Below, in pieces: positions 63,169 through 64,000 of a stretch of 64,000 nt of DNA. The notes beneath the pieces were generated by a model. That model was not told the origin of the DNA. It saw only the letters and a program-made list of their open reading frames with translations, and did not search any database. Made by a program: the position numbers and the translations under genes. Source of the DNA: Albugo candida (Eukaryota); assembly GCA_040437565.1 (NCBI GenBank), contig JBDOQK010000012.1:186001-250000 (forward strand), written 5' to 3'. Within the stretch, counting starts at the first letter, position 1; each line of letters starts with the position of its first letter.

Positions 63169-64000
63169 TTAGTTGCCATAAACGGAAATTTTACTCCTAT
63201 TGGATAAGACGTCGATATTCCCATAAACCGGACTACGGACTGCAACAATTGACACGTATAGCGATGCCATTATTCCTTCGTATAGATCACTCGCATCTTG
63301 AGGGAGAGTGTTCTTCTCTGTGAGGCACAAAACCACTTCTGATGCATTGAGTCTTTGCCACAAAAACGCAATAGCGCTACTGTAATTAGGTCAACGAGCA
63401 CGCAGCTCTTGTCACAATCAAAATCCATATATCAGGAAGACGGGTACTCTTTTGTAAAAGTCGGGCTACAATCATCGACAAGATGGTACTTGGACACTCG
63501 CATTGTGGATCAATTTCTCGAGAGAAAGTACTCACTCACTTGAGACCTCTTTCATGCAGTTCAATGACAGATTTACGCTTCCAGGTACCCGTTGCCTGCT
63601 TCGCTTGACTTATAGCTGTAGTATTTGATGCCCTTTGAGCAATTGTATCGTTCCATTTGCATCCTCGGCTGAAGAACTGGCAGCTCGAAGAAAGTTCGTT
63701 AAAGTATCGCTGTGTCCCGCTATTTCTTGTGATAGACCAGGTAGATGTGCTTTCCTCGGGCTTCTTTGTGTCTTAGAAAATGATTTTTCGAACAGTGCTG
63801 TCAGGAGTGAGATTGAAGACTTGACCTTCGATCCCTTGACGCTCTTCGCTGACAAAACAAGCACGAGATCGAACCAATCGAATCGAGAAAGCGAGTGCGT
63901 GCCATCCGGGGAAAAAGGGAACGAGGTCTAATTGCAAATCTGTACCAGCTCTGCGACATCGTATATTACCGAAAGAATCAGAAATGCCTACAGATCGGAC
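63169..64000 (-). CDS. 3' end of an unidentified multi-exon gene (continues beyond window)
   Basis: Minus-strand ORF pieces 63610-63864 and 63169-63363 with intron-like gaps; no recognisable motif. Confidence 0.35.

Overview
Gene-dense eukaryotic DNA with very short introns (about 45-65 nt) and about 22 protein-coding genes. The gene families, intron size and promoter motifs suggest an oomycete with a compact genome (Albugo-like; inference). Recognisable genes in order: TRAPPC8 (3' part), a STIL-like centriole protein, a type II/gamma PI4-kinase, an outer-dynein-arm docking protein (ODA1/CCDC114-like), a giant ~4,700-aa IPT/TIG-repeat + C2 protein with no signal peptide, an NWE-motif microtubule-inner-protein (SPAG8-like), a large unknown gene, kinesin-1, YAE1, an ABCC10-like transporter, SRP54, ataxin-10, Rab5, ORMDL, mago nashi, DP, DUSP12/YVH1, D-lactate dehydrogenase, an unknown membrane protein, an ankyrin-FYVE protein, an ERD2-family receptor and a partial unknown gene. 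All six 100-N gaps have the same sequence on both sides. These are unmerged contig overlaps that falsely split or duplicate several genes. The best leads are in the first 25 kb: a STIL homolog with an apparently complete architecture outside animals, and the giant IPT/C2 protein sitting in a cluster of centriole/flagellar genes. I found no RNA genes, CRISPR arrays or intact mobile elements. All family calls are by motif recognition, not database search.
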